A DNA stretch of 64,000 bases from Candidatus Multivoradales bacterium (lineage in GTDB: Bacteria; Acidobacteriota; Thermoanaerobaculia; Multivoradales; JAHEKO01): the NCBI GenBank assembly GCA_965223155.1, contig CBDCVR010000013.1:352001-416000 (forward strand), given 5' to 3'. Under the pieces are notes generated by a model. That model did no database searches and was not told the origin of the DNA. It worked only from the letters and a program-made list of their open reading frames with translations. The translations under genes and the position numbers were made by a program. This document shows, piece after piece, positions 50,732 to 59,648 of this stretch (position 1 is the first letter of the stretch; each line of letters starts with the position of its first letter).

Positions 50732-51835
50732 CTAGTAAAGCTCCCTGGGGTCCAGGCGGGCACCCGCTGGCCCATCCTCGATCCGATCGCGGAAGCGCGT
50801 CACGTCGAGCGATCCCGTCCAGGAGGCGACCCGTTGCCACGGTTCCGATTCAGTTGCGTGATCGTATTCCCGGGTCACCTGGAATTCGTAGCCGTCATCC
50901 AGCTCGACGGCGAACCGAAACCGCACCTCCTCCCGGGAGCCGGTCGGTGGCGCGAACTCGACCGCCTCGATCGGCCGGTCGCCATTGACCGCCACGGCGC
51001 GCACCTGGACCACGACCAGGCGTAGGTCTTGAGGCACGGCTCCAGCGGCAAAGTCATGACAGTAGATTTCCAGAAACGGATAGTCCGCGGGGATGCGGGT
51101 GTCCAGATCCACGATCCGGAAGCACCTGGGACAGTCCGTCGGAGCGATATCGAGCGCCAGGCTGTCTCCGCCGAGAGCCCGTTCCACGAGCTCGGGCTCG
51201 GCGCTGGTGCCGTTGGTAGTCGTACCGGCACCGAGGCTGCCCGGTCGATGCGGTACGACCTCGGCGCTCAGGGTGTAGCTCAAACTCAGAGCGAGACTGC
51301 CATCGTGCAGGGAGTCCCACAGCAAATCCGCGGTCAGCGAGTCCAGGGACACTTCATAGGTTTGCTCCGACCAGCGCTCGGGCTCGTCGTCCCAGGACCC
51401 AGAGGCGATCTCCCCGCCCGTGCCTCGCTCCGAGCCGGCATAGACGAGCGAGCTGCGGATCCCGGAGATCGGGACCGGCTCGAGTCGAACCGCTCGCCGT
51501 GCCCGCGCCTCGAGGTGTGAGCGCAGCGCTTCGACGCCGCCGGGATCGGCTTCCAGCCGCACCGAAAAGCGCAGAACCGAACGGGTCCAGAAGCGTTCGG
51601 CATCGGCCGTCGCCGTGGTCCCCTTGTAGCGAAACCGCTCGAACGCAAAGGCAGGAGCGCCGCCCTCGCGAACCAGCTCCAGCTCGGCCGGCAGGTACCA
51701 CCAGCGCAGCGAATCCTGATGATCCGGAAAGTACCGGAGGCCCTGCCCGAGGCGCACCTCGCTTGCCACTGGCCACGCTCCAGCCGCAGCTACCTGGACC
51801 ATTCCAAGCACGAAGAGCGGCAGGATCCGGATCAC
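50732..51835 (-). CDS. Short secreted paralogue P6 of the same family (lacks central region)
   Basis: GTGA overlap, signal peptide (AGA), YFPDHQD..RWWYLP..L....GAPAFAF, YEFQV. Confidence 0.8.
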   Translation of the reverse strand: MIRILPLFVLGMVQVAAAGAWPVASEVRLGQGLRYFPDHQDSLRWWYLPAELELVREGGAPAFAFERFRYKGTTATADAERFWTRSVLRFSVRLEADPGGVEALRSHLEARARRAVRLEPVPISGIRSSLVYAGSERGTGGEIASGSWDDEPERWSEQTYEVSLDSLTADLLWDSLHDGSLALSLSYTLSAEVVPHRPGSLGAGTTTNGTSAEPELVERALGGDSLALDIAPTDCPRCFRIVDLDTRIPADYPFLEIYCHDFAAGAVPQDLRLVVVQVRAVAVNGDRPIEAVEFAPPTGSREEVRFRFAVELDDGYEFQVTREYDHATESEPWQRVASWTGSLDVTRFRDRIEDGPAGARLDPRELY

Positions 51836-53769
51836 TCGGCGAGCAGTCCCTCGATGGTTCCGGCCTGCAGGAAGACGAGCTCCGGGTTATAGCTGGACGG
51901 CGCAAGCCATTCGCTCGCAACTTCGTCATGGGCGGTATAGACGACCACCCGGTATTCGTAGATCGGTTCCTCGGCGTCGGACGGCGCGAACAAGGTCGCG
52001 ACCTCCCGAACCGACTCGGACCCTCGGCCGAACTCATAGCTCCGTTCGCTCAGGCTCGATCTCTCGGGATCGGGATCGAAGAAGCGCGAGCGTACCCGGA
52101 CGATGACCAGATCCAGCCCGTACTGCTCGAACAAGGCCTCGGTGTCGGCCACGCGGATGCGGACGTTGGTCTCCGGAATTGAGCCAACGCCGCCCCGCAG
52201 CGCGTCGAGAACGCCTTCCATCTCGGCGTCGCTGGGAGCGAGATCATAGTCGTACCAGGCGGCGACGGTTGCTCGGTCCTCGATCTGCGGAGAGATCTCC
52301 CGGTTCGAGATCGGGAGACTCTCTCCTGGAGCCACCACCGCCCCGCCAAGCGCGTAGCCTCGAAGCCGCAAGCGATTGCGCTCGCTCCGCAGGTACAGGA
52401 TGTGATTCAGGCGCACCGAGAAGGGATGCCCATTCTGGAACTCCGTCGTGGTTTCACCGGACCGCATCCAGGCCGCCCGCCCGTAGGCCAGATCATCGGC
52501 GAGGTTGAGGTTCGCGGTCACACCCAGCCTGCCCAAGTCATCGGACTCGTAGTAGACGTCGCCGCCCAGCCCCATGCGCTCGTTGGCAAGCGCCTCGACC
52601 AGGGACTGTCGCTCGGCCGAATCAACGCTCACCGAAAGAACGAACTCGCCTTCCTCATAGCTGAGCTGGGTGATCTCGGGCTCCTCCTCGACCAGGCGCC
52701 AGTTGAAGGCCGGCTCCAGGTCCGCGGTCAGGGGCCGCAGCTTCACGTCGGCAGCCGAGCCGCTGGGATTGCGATCCAGATAGGCCTCGAGCAGCTCGCG
52801 CAGGATCTCGAGGTCCCGCTGGGTCGTGCCGTCGGTCAGGGTCATGTTGACCAGGAAGTTCTTGCCCGACCCGTCGCTCGGCTTGCTGAAGAAATTCAGG
52901 TAGTAGCCTTCCTCATCGGTCCATTTCAGCGACCAGCGCTTGGGCTGGTAGTAGTAGACGCCGGAGTCCAAGTTCTGATCCTGGTAGACAATCGTGCTCA
53001 GATTCAGCAACCCCCGGACGTCCTCGAAGCCGAAGGCTTCGAGCTGGTCCACCAGGGGTTCGCTATAGAGCTGGATCTCGCGGCCGGCGCCCCGAGTGTT
53101 GAGGTCCCGGTTCTTCTCCTCGGACTCCTCCTTGGCTTCTTCGGGCGTCTTGAGCGTCACGGTGGCAACCTGGTGGGTGAACGCCCCCTGACCCACGAGG
53201 TCCGCGATGCCAAAACGGGCAAGGTTGTTCTTCTCCAAGTAGCCCTCGACCCGGTAGCGGCGGTAATCCGGCGGCAGGCTCGAGCGGCCGGTCACGTTCG
53301 GATTCGTGGTCGTGAAGTTGTCCTCGCGGGAGCGACTCCAGAAGCTGGTCAGGGGAAGCCGGTTCGAGCCCGTCTTGGTGGACAGATAGCCCTCGAGGCG
53401 GACGAACTGGTACCCGCTGCGTCCCTGTCCGGGCCGGCCGGCCCACACCGGGTTCGAGGTCGTAAAGTAGTCGCCCCGCGACGGACTCCACCATCGGTAC
53501 AGAGGTCGCGTGTCCTGCGGCTGCGCGGCATCGGGTGAGTGGATGTATCCCTCGACTCGAACGAATCGGTAGCCGTCCTTGGTCGCGCCAGAAGCTCCCT
53601 TCCAGCGCGGATCGCTGGTCGCGAAGTTGTCTCCTCGGGCATCGCTCCACCAGGAGTACACCGGAATCAGTCCTGCCTCCGCCGCGCCGGTGAAACTCAG
53701 CGCCAGGACGAGCAGGCCGGCAAACGTCCGGCTTTGAGTGCGACTTGGGCAGCAGTACATCCTCTTCAT
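51832..53769 (-). CDS. Secreted divergent paralogue P7 with three N-terminal DUF5648-like repeats
   Basis: ATGA overlap, signal peptide (AEA), 3x P(V/L)..(W/F)WS..R.D.F.T..P...Y....EGY, then VYQD...VYYYQP...YEYRV. Confidence 0.8.
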   Translation of the reverse strand: MKRMYCCPSRTQSRTFAGLLVLALSFTGAAEAGLIPVYSWWSDARGDNFATSDPRWKGASGATKDGYRFVRVEGYIHSPDAAQPQDTRPLYRWWSPSRGDYFTTSNPVWAGRPGQGRSGYQFVRLEGYLSTKTGSNRLPLTSFWSRSREDNFTTTNPNVTGRSSLPPDYRRYRVEGYLEKNNLARFGIADLVGQGAFTHQVATVTLKTPEEAKEESEEKNRDLNTRGAGREIQLYSEPLVDQLEAFGFEDVRGLLNLSTIVYQDQNLDSGVYYYQPKRWSLKWTDEEGYYLNFFSKPSDGSGKNFLVNMTLTDGTTQRDLEILRELLEAYLDRNPSGSAADVKLRPLTADLEPAFNWRLVEEEPEITQLSYEEGEFVLSVSVDSAERQSLVEALANERMGLGGDVYYESDDLGRLGVTANLNLADDLAYGRAAWMRSGETTTEFQNGHPFSVRLNHILYLRSERNRLRLRGYALGGAVVAPGESLPISNREISPQIEDRATVAAWYDYDLAPSDAEMEGVLDALRGGVGSIPETNVRIRVADTEALFEQYGLDLVIVRVRSRFFDPDPERSSLSERSYEFGRGSESVREVATLFAPSDAEEPIYEYRVVVYTAHDEVASEWLAPSSYNPELVFLQAGTIEGLLAE

Positions 53770-54545
53770 CCTTCCTCTTCTTGCGCCAGGATCCGGAGCA
53801 CGGCTGGTGCGCTCCGCCGGCCCTCCGCGTCCTCCACGATCACGTCCCGCACTCCAGGATTCGGGGCGAAGCCGCGGTCCAACTCGACCTCGACCAGCTC
53901 TTGGTCGATGAAGTACACCGGAAACTCGCGAAGCCCGTAGTCCGGCAACCGCGAAGTCCCGGCATGGAGATTCGCCAGAATCCAAACCTTCGAACTCTCC
54001 GAAAAGCCTTCTCCGAAGACCTCGAGGAGAAGCGCTCGGCCGGCCGGAATCGCAGCCGGCCGGATTTCCCGGATCGCCGGGCCTCCCGCGGCCGCGGTGT
54101 CAGGCTGGGTCTCCTCATCCCAGTTCCCGCCCGAGATCTCTTCCTCAGCCGGCACTGTCTCCTCCGCCCCGTCCCGGACCTCTCCGATGGTCAGAGTAAG
54201 CGCGAGTGAGCGCTCGCCGCTTGCCGCCTCGACCAGGATGGCGCGCTCCCTAGGTACTGGCGGCAGGCCCAACGGAAACTCGACAACCAGCCTCTCCGCG
54301 GAGCGTTCCGCGGGCGTCCGGCGAAGGTACCTGCCAGCCTGGCCGGCCTCGACCAAGATCACGGTGGAGCCGTCGAAGCCCGCACCGTTCAGGACCAGAG
54401 AGAAGGCCGTCCGCGCCGGAACGCTCGCGGGCTCGAGCGAAGCGAGTTCCGGACGAGCGGATTCAGTCTCAGAGCCGGAGCCGGTACCGGCGCCGGACGT
54501 CGCCACAGAAATCAGGACCGCGAGGACAAGAGCCAGTTGGCGCAT
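53766..54545 (-). CDS. Secreted protein with two IPT/TIG-like Ig domains
   Basis: Signal peptide; 2x P.(L/I)..(L/I).PA..PA.......GxGF....(V/I) with a conserved RxILVE/RDVIVE strand. Confidence 0.75.
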   Translation of the reverse strand: MRQLALVLAVLISVATSGAGTGSGSETESARPELASLEPASVPARTAFSLVLNGAGFDGSTVILVEAGQAGRYLRRTPAERSAERLVVEFPLGLPPVPRERAILVEAASGERSLALTLTIGEVRDGAEETVPAEEEISGGNWDEETQPDTAAAGGPAIREIRPAAIPAGRALLLEVFGEGFSESSKVWILANLHAGTSRLPDYGLREFPVYFIDQELVEVELDRGFAPNPGVRDVIVEDAEGRRSAPAVLRILAQEEEG

Positions 54546-54551
54546 CGGTTT

Positions 54552-56195
54552 CTAGCGAACCACCAGGGCCGCGAAGTTGGCATCGGACTTGGCTCCGGAG
54601 CGGTCGTGGCAGACCACCGAAGCGGTGAACCCTGAATAGCTCCAGCCGACCACCTTGCACAACCGGTTACTGCCACCCACGGCGGTAACCTGCACCGTCC
54701 CGCCCTTGCCACCACCCGAACCCAGGCCAGGCAAGCGAACCGAATAGGTACCGGCCCCGCTCCGCCGCACCTCGCCGCCCTGGCCGGTCGAGTTGTAGAG
54801 ATAGCTCGGCGATCGCAGCCGGTCGTACTCCGAAGCGACGTAGCCCAAACGGCCGAAGCCGGCCGGCCGCGAAGCGACGAGAATCTCGAAGCGGCCGTCG
54901 GAGCGGCCTCCAGCGGCGTTGAAACACTGCACACTCGCCTCGAGCCGGCTCGCGCTAGCGGTGCGCCAGCTCTGGAGCGAACAGTCGATCGCCCGGGACT
55001 CGCGCGCGGTTACCTGAACGTGAGTCGCGGCGGTGTGGCGAAAGTTGTCGAAGGTCACCTGATAGATGCCGGTGCTCGAGCGCCGGACGTCGACCGCGGC
55101 ACCGCCGGCCACGGCGGGACGGTACTCAGCCTGGGTAGCTCGATCGGCGTAGGCAAAGGCGGAACCACCCGCGGCGGAGCTGCGAACCAGGGCCGTGAAC
55201 CGGGAATCGGTTGGCACGCCTGTGGGCGCGAAGCAGTACACCATGAGGGAGGTCCCGCCGCTTGCCGGCAAGAATCCACCAGCGTTACACCGTTCCGGAC
55301 CGCTACCGTACGCGGTCACCTGACCGTGGAGGGCGGAACCCGAGAAGCGCTCGAAGGTGACTTGGTACCGTCCTGCGCCGATGCGCCGGACCTGGACGCC
55401 GCCGCGGGGATTGTAGGCGTAGGTCGCGCTCGGCCTGTAGCTCGGCTCGGACGCCTTCTCTGCCCAGACGTAGGCGTAGTTCGCCAGACTCGGAACCTCC
55501 GCCACCACTCCCCCGACCGTGCCAACGGTAGTGGTCGTCGTCGGAGGGCTCGTTGATCCGCCTCCTCCACTTCTCGAGCCCCCTCCCGAAACAGCCCCCG
55601 AAGGCGTGTCGCCGACCGGGATGGGGATCACGACGTCACTCGAGAGCCCGGTTTCGGCGCTCTCCAAGCCATCCTCTCGCGCCGGCTCGTCGTCTCCTTC
55701 GGTCAATGCAGTGCCAGCAGCGCCCCAGGCTCGGTTCTTGGTGAAGAACTTCTTCGCGAAGCTCCGGCCACCCCTCCGAAGCTTGATCTCGAAGCCAGCG
55801 CTGGTGATGGCTCCTTCCCCTTCGAAGGTCACCCGAACCAGAGTCGTGCCCGCGGACGTGGTGAGTGCGACCGCTTCGCTCGAAAACCCGTCCAGAGAGC
55901 GCAGGGACCGATCGATCGGCCGTGCCGTGAGCTGAACCTCGGTGGGGGCCTCGACCTCTTGATACCCGACCCGAAACGTCGCCTGAAAGGCATCGCCTTC
56001 CACTTCCTCGAACGACACGATCTCCTTGCTTCGGCCGAGGGCGTCTTCGAGGATGTCCCGGAGTTGGGCCTCACCCGCGCCGGGCCAGACCAAGGCGAGT
56101 GCCGCGGCAATCGCCGGGGCGAGTCGGGGAAACGACCGAGCGTGGCTCCGCCGCCCCCACCCCCAACAACTCGTGCATCGCATCTGCTTCCCCAT
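54552..56195 (-). CDS. Secreted protein with N-terminal Ig-like domain, Gly/Thr linker and three tandem ~95 aa beta repeats; start uncertain
   Basis: Signal peptide (AGEA); 3x VRR...G.Y.V......QVTA......C...C....G...D..F..LV. Confidence 0.8.
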   Translation of the reverse strand: MGKQMRCTSCWGWGRRSHARSFPRLAPAIAAALALVWPGAGEAQLRDILEDALGRSKEIVSFEEVEGDAFQATFRVGYQEVEAPTEVQLTARPIDRSLRSLDGFSSEAVALTTSAGTTLVRVTFEGEGAITSAGFEIKLRRGGRSFAKKFFTKNRAWGAAGTALTEGDDEPAREDGLESAETGLSSDVVIPIPVGDTPSGAVSGGGSRSGGGGSTSPPTTTTTVGTVGGVVAEVPSLANYAYVWAEKASEPSYRPSATYAYNPRGGVQVRRIGAGRYQVTFERFSGSALHGQVTAYGSGPERCNAGGFLPASGGTSLMVYCFAPTGVPTDSRFTALVRSSAAGGSAFAYADRATQAEYRPAVAGGAAVDVRRSSTGIYQVTFDNFRHTAATHVQVTARESRAIDCSLQSWRTASASRLEASVQCFNAAGGRSDGRFEILVASRPAGFGRLGYVASEYDRLRSPSYLYNSTGQGGEVRRSGAGTYSVRLPGLGSGGGKGGTVQVTAVGGSNRLCKVVGWSYSGFTASVVCHDRSGAKSDANFAALVVR

Positions 56196-56501
56196 GCCAG
56201 CAGTCCTCCCCGGAATGGCCAATCCGCAGCGCACCACTCCCACGTCGCGTGCCTATGGCGTCAACACTTTGTCTCGACGCCCGAGATCATATACCAGCCG
56301 CGAACCACGGTTCTCGCGGAACCGGAGCGCCCTTCTCGCCTCGGCACGACACTACGAAGCTGTCACCGGTCGGCGATTCGCTGGCCGCGCGGTCAGGAAA
56401 TCGCGAACCCATGGTCTGACCCCTTGCTGGGCCGCCTCAGCCCGGAGTCGAGCTGAGACTCCGCAGAGAACTCGGCGGCGAAAAAGAACTGAACTCCGAG
56501 G

Positions 56502-57293
56502 CTAGGGATTCACGTCGACATCCGTGCGATCGGGTAGCTCTTTGCGGGTCGAGGTGACCGGCACGACGACGGCTCCCGACTTGCCGATCATTCCCCACCG
56601 TCCGCCGACCACTCGGTAATGCTCGCTTTCAGGGATGGGCTCGGGTTTGCAGCCTTGGCAGACGATCGCCAAGCCGTTCTTGAAAGGGAAGGCAAAATCC
56701 CATGCTGGCGCGATCACGACTTCGAGGTCCCGGTTGACGAAACCAAAGGGTCCGTACCGCTGACCGCGGAGAACCGTACGAGCCAGCCCCTCCTCGAAAT
56801 AGTCGGGGCCATTGTCATAGATGAAGGCCCAGGCGGTTGTCCCGTCCTTCGAGATTCAGGCGACTCTCGTGAACTCGACGTGAATCGCGGCGAGTCCATA
56901 TTCGTCGAATTCAAGCTCGTCATAGAGCCATTCGGCAGGTCTGAGAGAGCCATCGCCCGTGACCCCGCCGCAGTCCTGCCATCGCTGCAACGCGTCGGCG
57001 GCGCCGCCAAGGCCCCAGACCATGCATTCGAGATTCGTCTCGCGCAGGGCCTGGTGCGACGTACAGGAGATCGAAGGCAAGATCCCGAGCACGAGCCCCA
57101 CGAGGGCTGACGGGAGCAGGTTCGCTCCGCGAAGACGTTGCTTGAAGCCCTGGATCGCGACGCGCCCGAATCCGGATCCGGGACTGGCCCCGTCCTGCAA
57201 TCGACGGTCCCCGGCAGGCAGGGTGCCGCGACGACCTTGCGGGCCTGTCGAACAGGTAGAGACTCCTGAGACAACGAACTCGGGTCGCAACAT
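56502..57293 (-). pseudogene. WG-repeat (KWG) protein interrupted by an in-frame TGA at 56856-56858
   Basis: FDEYGLAAI...VA*ISKDG...DNGPDYFEEGLAR...FGFVN...WDFAFPFKNGLAIVC...WGMIGKSG is one continuous frame. Confidence 0.75.
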
Positions 57294-57428
57294 GCCCGCC
57301 ACGCCCCAGACTACCTCGACCGCCGCTTGCCCGGCCTTCGAGGGTGCATGGGCAACGTTCTGACTGAATCTTGCGCCCCGCGCCGGCCGTTCCGAGCGGC
57401 CTTCCCGGCGAGGCCCGGGCCGGAAGGC

Positions 57429-59642
57429 TCAGGCTTCGGCGCGCAAGGCGCCGTCGAGCAGCCGGGCGAGAACCCGCGGCTCGAGCGGGTGCGAGAAGAG
57501 GTAGCCCTGGACGAGATCGCAGCCGTGCTCGACCAGCACGTCCGCCTCGGCTTGCCGTTCGACACCCTCGGCGACCACTCGGACTCCGAGGCTGTGGGCC
57601 ATGGCGATGATGGCCGCGACCATCGACTCCTCGCCCTCCGGCACGTCGCAGTGGCGAACGAAGCTCTGGTCGATCTTCAGCGTATCGATCGGCAGCCGCT
57701 TGAGGTAGCTGAGCTGGGAATGGCCGGTGCCGAAGTCGTCGAGCGCGATGCGGACGCCCGCCTCACTCAGGCGCTCCAAGTTGCGGGTTCCGAGCTCGAG
57801 GTTCCGAATGAGGGCGCTTTCCGTGAGCTCGATCTCGACGTCGCCGGGCTCGAGCCCAACGGCGGCAATCTCTGCGAGAACGAAGTCCGCGAAGGTCTTC
57901 AGTTGCAGGTGTAACGCCGAGATGTTGAGGGCCACCGTGACGTCGCTACGGCCCTGCTCGTGCCAGGAGGCCGCGTGCCGGCAGGCCTGCCGGACGACTT
58001 CCTGCTCCAAGGGCACGATGAGACCCGACTCCTCGGCCAAGGGGATGAACTCGGCCGGCGAAAGGATCTCGCCGGAGCTGCGTATCCGAGCCAACGCCTC
58101 CGCGGCGACGATCTCGTCCCGAGACAGATCGAACTGGGGCTGGAAGTGCACGAGAACGTCGCCGTCTTCAAGAGCTCGGCGCAGGTCGGACTCCAGGACC
58201 ATCCTGCCGACCGCGGCATCGGTCATCTGGGGCTCGAAGAACTGCACCCGGTTCCGGCCCAGCTCCTTGGCACGGTACATGGCGAGATCGGCGTGCTTGG
58301 TGAGCGTGCCGGCATCCTCGCCGTGCTCGGGAAAGATGCAGACCCCGATGCTGGCGCTGATGTAGAGCTCGCGGCCTTGAACGTCGAGCGGCGCGGAAAA
58401 GGACTCGAGGAGCCTCTCGGCCAAGCCCAGCGCCGCCTCGTGCGAAGGCAGGCCGTCCTGGAGAATCACGAACTCATCGCCCCCCAGACGCGCCACGGCG
58501 TCTCCGGCGCGCACCTGCTTCTGGATACGCTGGGCCACCGCTCGCAGCAAGAGGTCGCCGGTGGCGTGTCCCAGCGTGTCGTTGATGGTCTTGAACCGAT
58601 CCAGGTCCACGAACAGAAGGCCCAGCAGGCGCGACTCGTTGCGGGCGCGGGCCAGGGCGGACGCCAAGGTCTGGTTGAACTGGACGCGATTCGGCAGGCC
58701 GGTCAGGTCGTCGAAGTAGGCGTGGTAGCGAATTGCTTCCTCGGCCCGGCGCTGCTCGGTGATGTCCCGGAAACTCCACACCCGGCCGATCGTCCGGCCG
58801 CCGATGCGCTGCGGCTGCGAGAAGCGCTCGAAGACCCGGCCGTCCTTGAACTCCAATGTGTCCGAGCTCGAGGCCTCGGGGCTGGCGTAGAGCTCGCGCA
58901 CCTTGGCGACGAACGCATCGGGATCCACGAGCTGCGACAGCACGCTAGCGATAGCGGCCTCATCGTCTCGCGCCTCCAGGTGCTCGACCGGTACGTTCCA
59001 CATCTCCCGGAAGCGGCTGTTGAACGCCGAGATGCGTCCGGCCTCGTCGACCACCAGCATGCCGTCCGCGGTCGAGTCGAGGGTCGCTTGCAGCAGCGAA
59101 AGCGATTCTTCGAGCTCCCGCTCGGCGTGCCTGCGCTCACTGATGTTGCGAATCACCGCCAGCCGATCGCCGCCGACCAGAGGCACGATCCTGGCCTCGT
59201 ACGAATGCTCGTCCGGATCCCCGAAGGAGTATTCGACTCTCGCCGTGGCCTGGCCGGCCTCCAACTCCTCCAAGGCTTCGCGGAACGCCGCGGCAACTTC
59301 CGGAATCGGAATATCGTGCACCTTCTTGCCGATGAGCTCCGCGCGGCCGGCGTAGAGGTCGACGTCGTCGGATGCCGTGCAGTCGCGAATGGTGCCGGCG
59401 GCGTCGAGATGCAGAAACAGATCGGGGAACGCCTCGACGATACCCCGGAGCTTCGAGTTGGTCTCGAGGAGCTCCCGCGAGCTCAGCTCCAGGGCTCGCT
59501 CGAGCATCCGGCGGTCACTGTCGGCCTCCCGGTAGGCCTCATCGACCGCCTCGACGAGTTTGTTCCAGGGCGCCGGAATCTCGAACCCCTTGCCATAGAG
59601 CCGCCGAAGCTGGCGTGCCAGAAGGCTGTGGAGCTCGGACAT
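57429..59642 (-). CDS. PAS-PAS-GGDEF-EAL diguanylate cyclase/phosphodiesterase
   Basis: DDLTGLPNR, RAGD I-site, RLGGDEF, EALAR, DDFGTG, AEGVE. Confidence 0.95.
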   Translation of the reverse strand: MSELHSLLARQLRRLYGKGFEIPAPWNKLVEAVDEAYREADSDRRMLERALELSSRELLETNSKLRGIVEAFPDLFLHLDAAGTIRDCTASDDVDLYAGRAELIGKKVHDIPIPEVAAAFREALEELEAGQATARVEYSFGDPDEHSYEARIVPLVGGDRLAVIRNISERRHAERELEESLSLLQATLDSTADGMLVVDEAGRISAFNSRFREMWNVPVEHLEARDDEAAIASVLSQLVDPDAFVAKVRELYASPEASSSDTLEFKDGRVFERFSQPQRIGGRTIGRVWSFRDITEQRRAEEAIRYHAYFDDLTGLPNRVQFNQTLASALARARNESRLLGLLFVDLDRFKTINDTLGHATGDLLLRAVAQRIQKQVRAGDAVARLGGDEFVILQDGLPSHEAALGLAERLLESFSAPLDVQGRELYISASIGVCIFPEHGEDAGTLTKHADLAMYRAKELGRNRVQFFEPQMTDAAVGRMVLESDLRRALEDGDVLVHFQPQFDLSRDEIVAAEALARIRSSGEILSPAEFIPLAEESGLIVPLEQEVVRQACRHAASWHEQGRSDVTVALNISALHLQLKTFADFVLAEIAAVGLEPGDVEIELTESALIRNLELGTRNLERLSEAGVRIALDDFGTGHSQLSYLKRLPIDTLKIDQSFVRHCDVPEGEESMVAAIIAMAHSLGVRVVAEGVERQAEADVLVEHGCDLVQGYLFSHPLEPRVLARLLDGALRAEA

Positions 59643-59648
59643 GCCTCG

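Noticed and set aside
33414-56195. Interpretation as prophage, eCIS/T6SS, Tc toxin or CDI locus
   Set aside because: No recognisable sheath, tube, VgrG/PAAR, baseplate, terminase, RHS/YD or TpsB motifs, and all products have apparent Sec signal peptides
56856-56858. In-frame TGA as selenocysteine or an alternative genetic code
   Set aside because: The position does not correspond to a catalytic Cys, and TGA is used as a normal stop by many genes in this window
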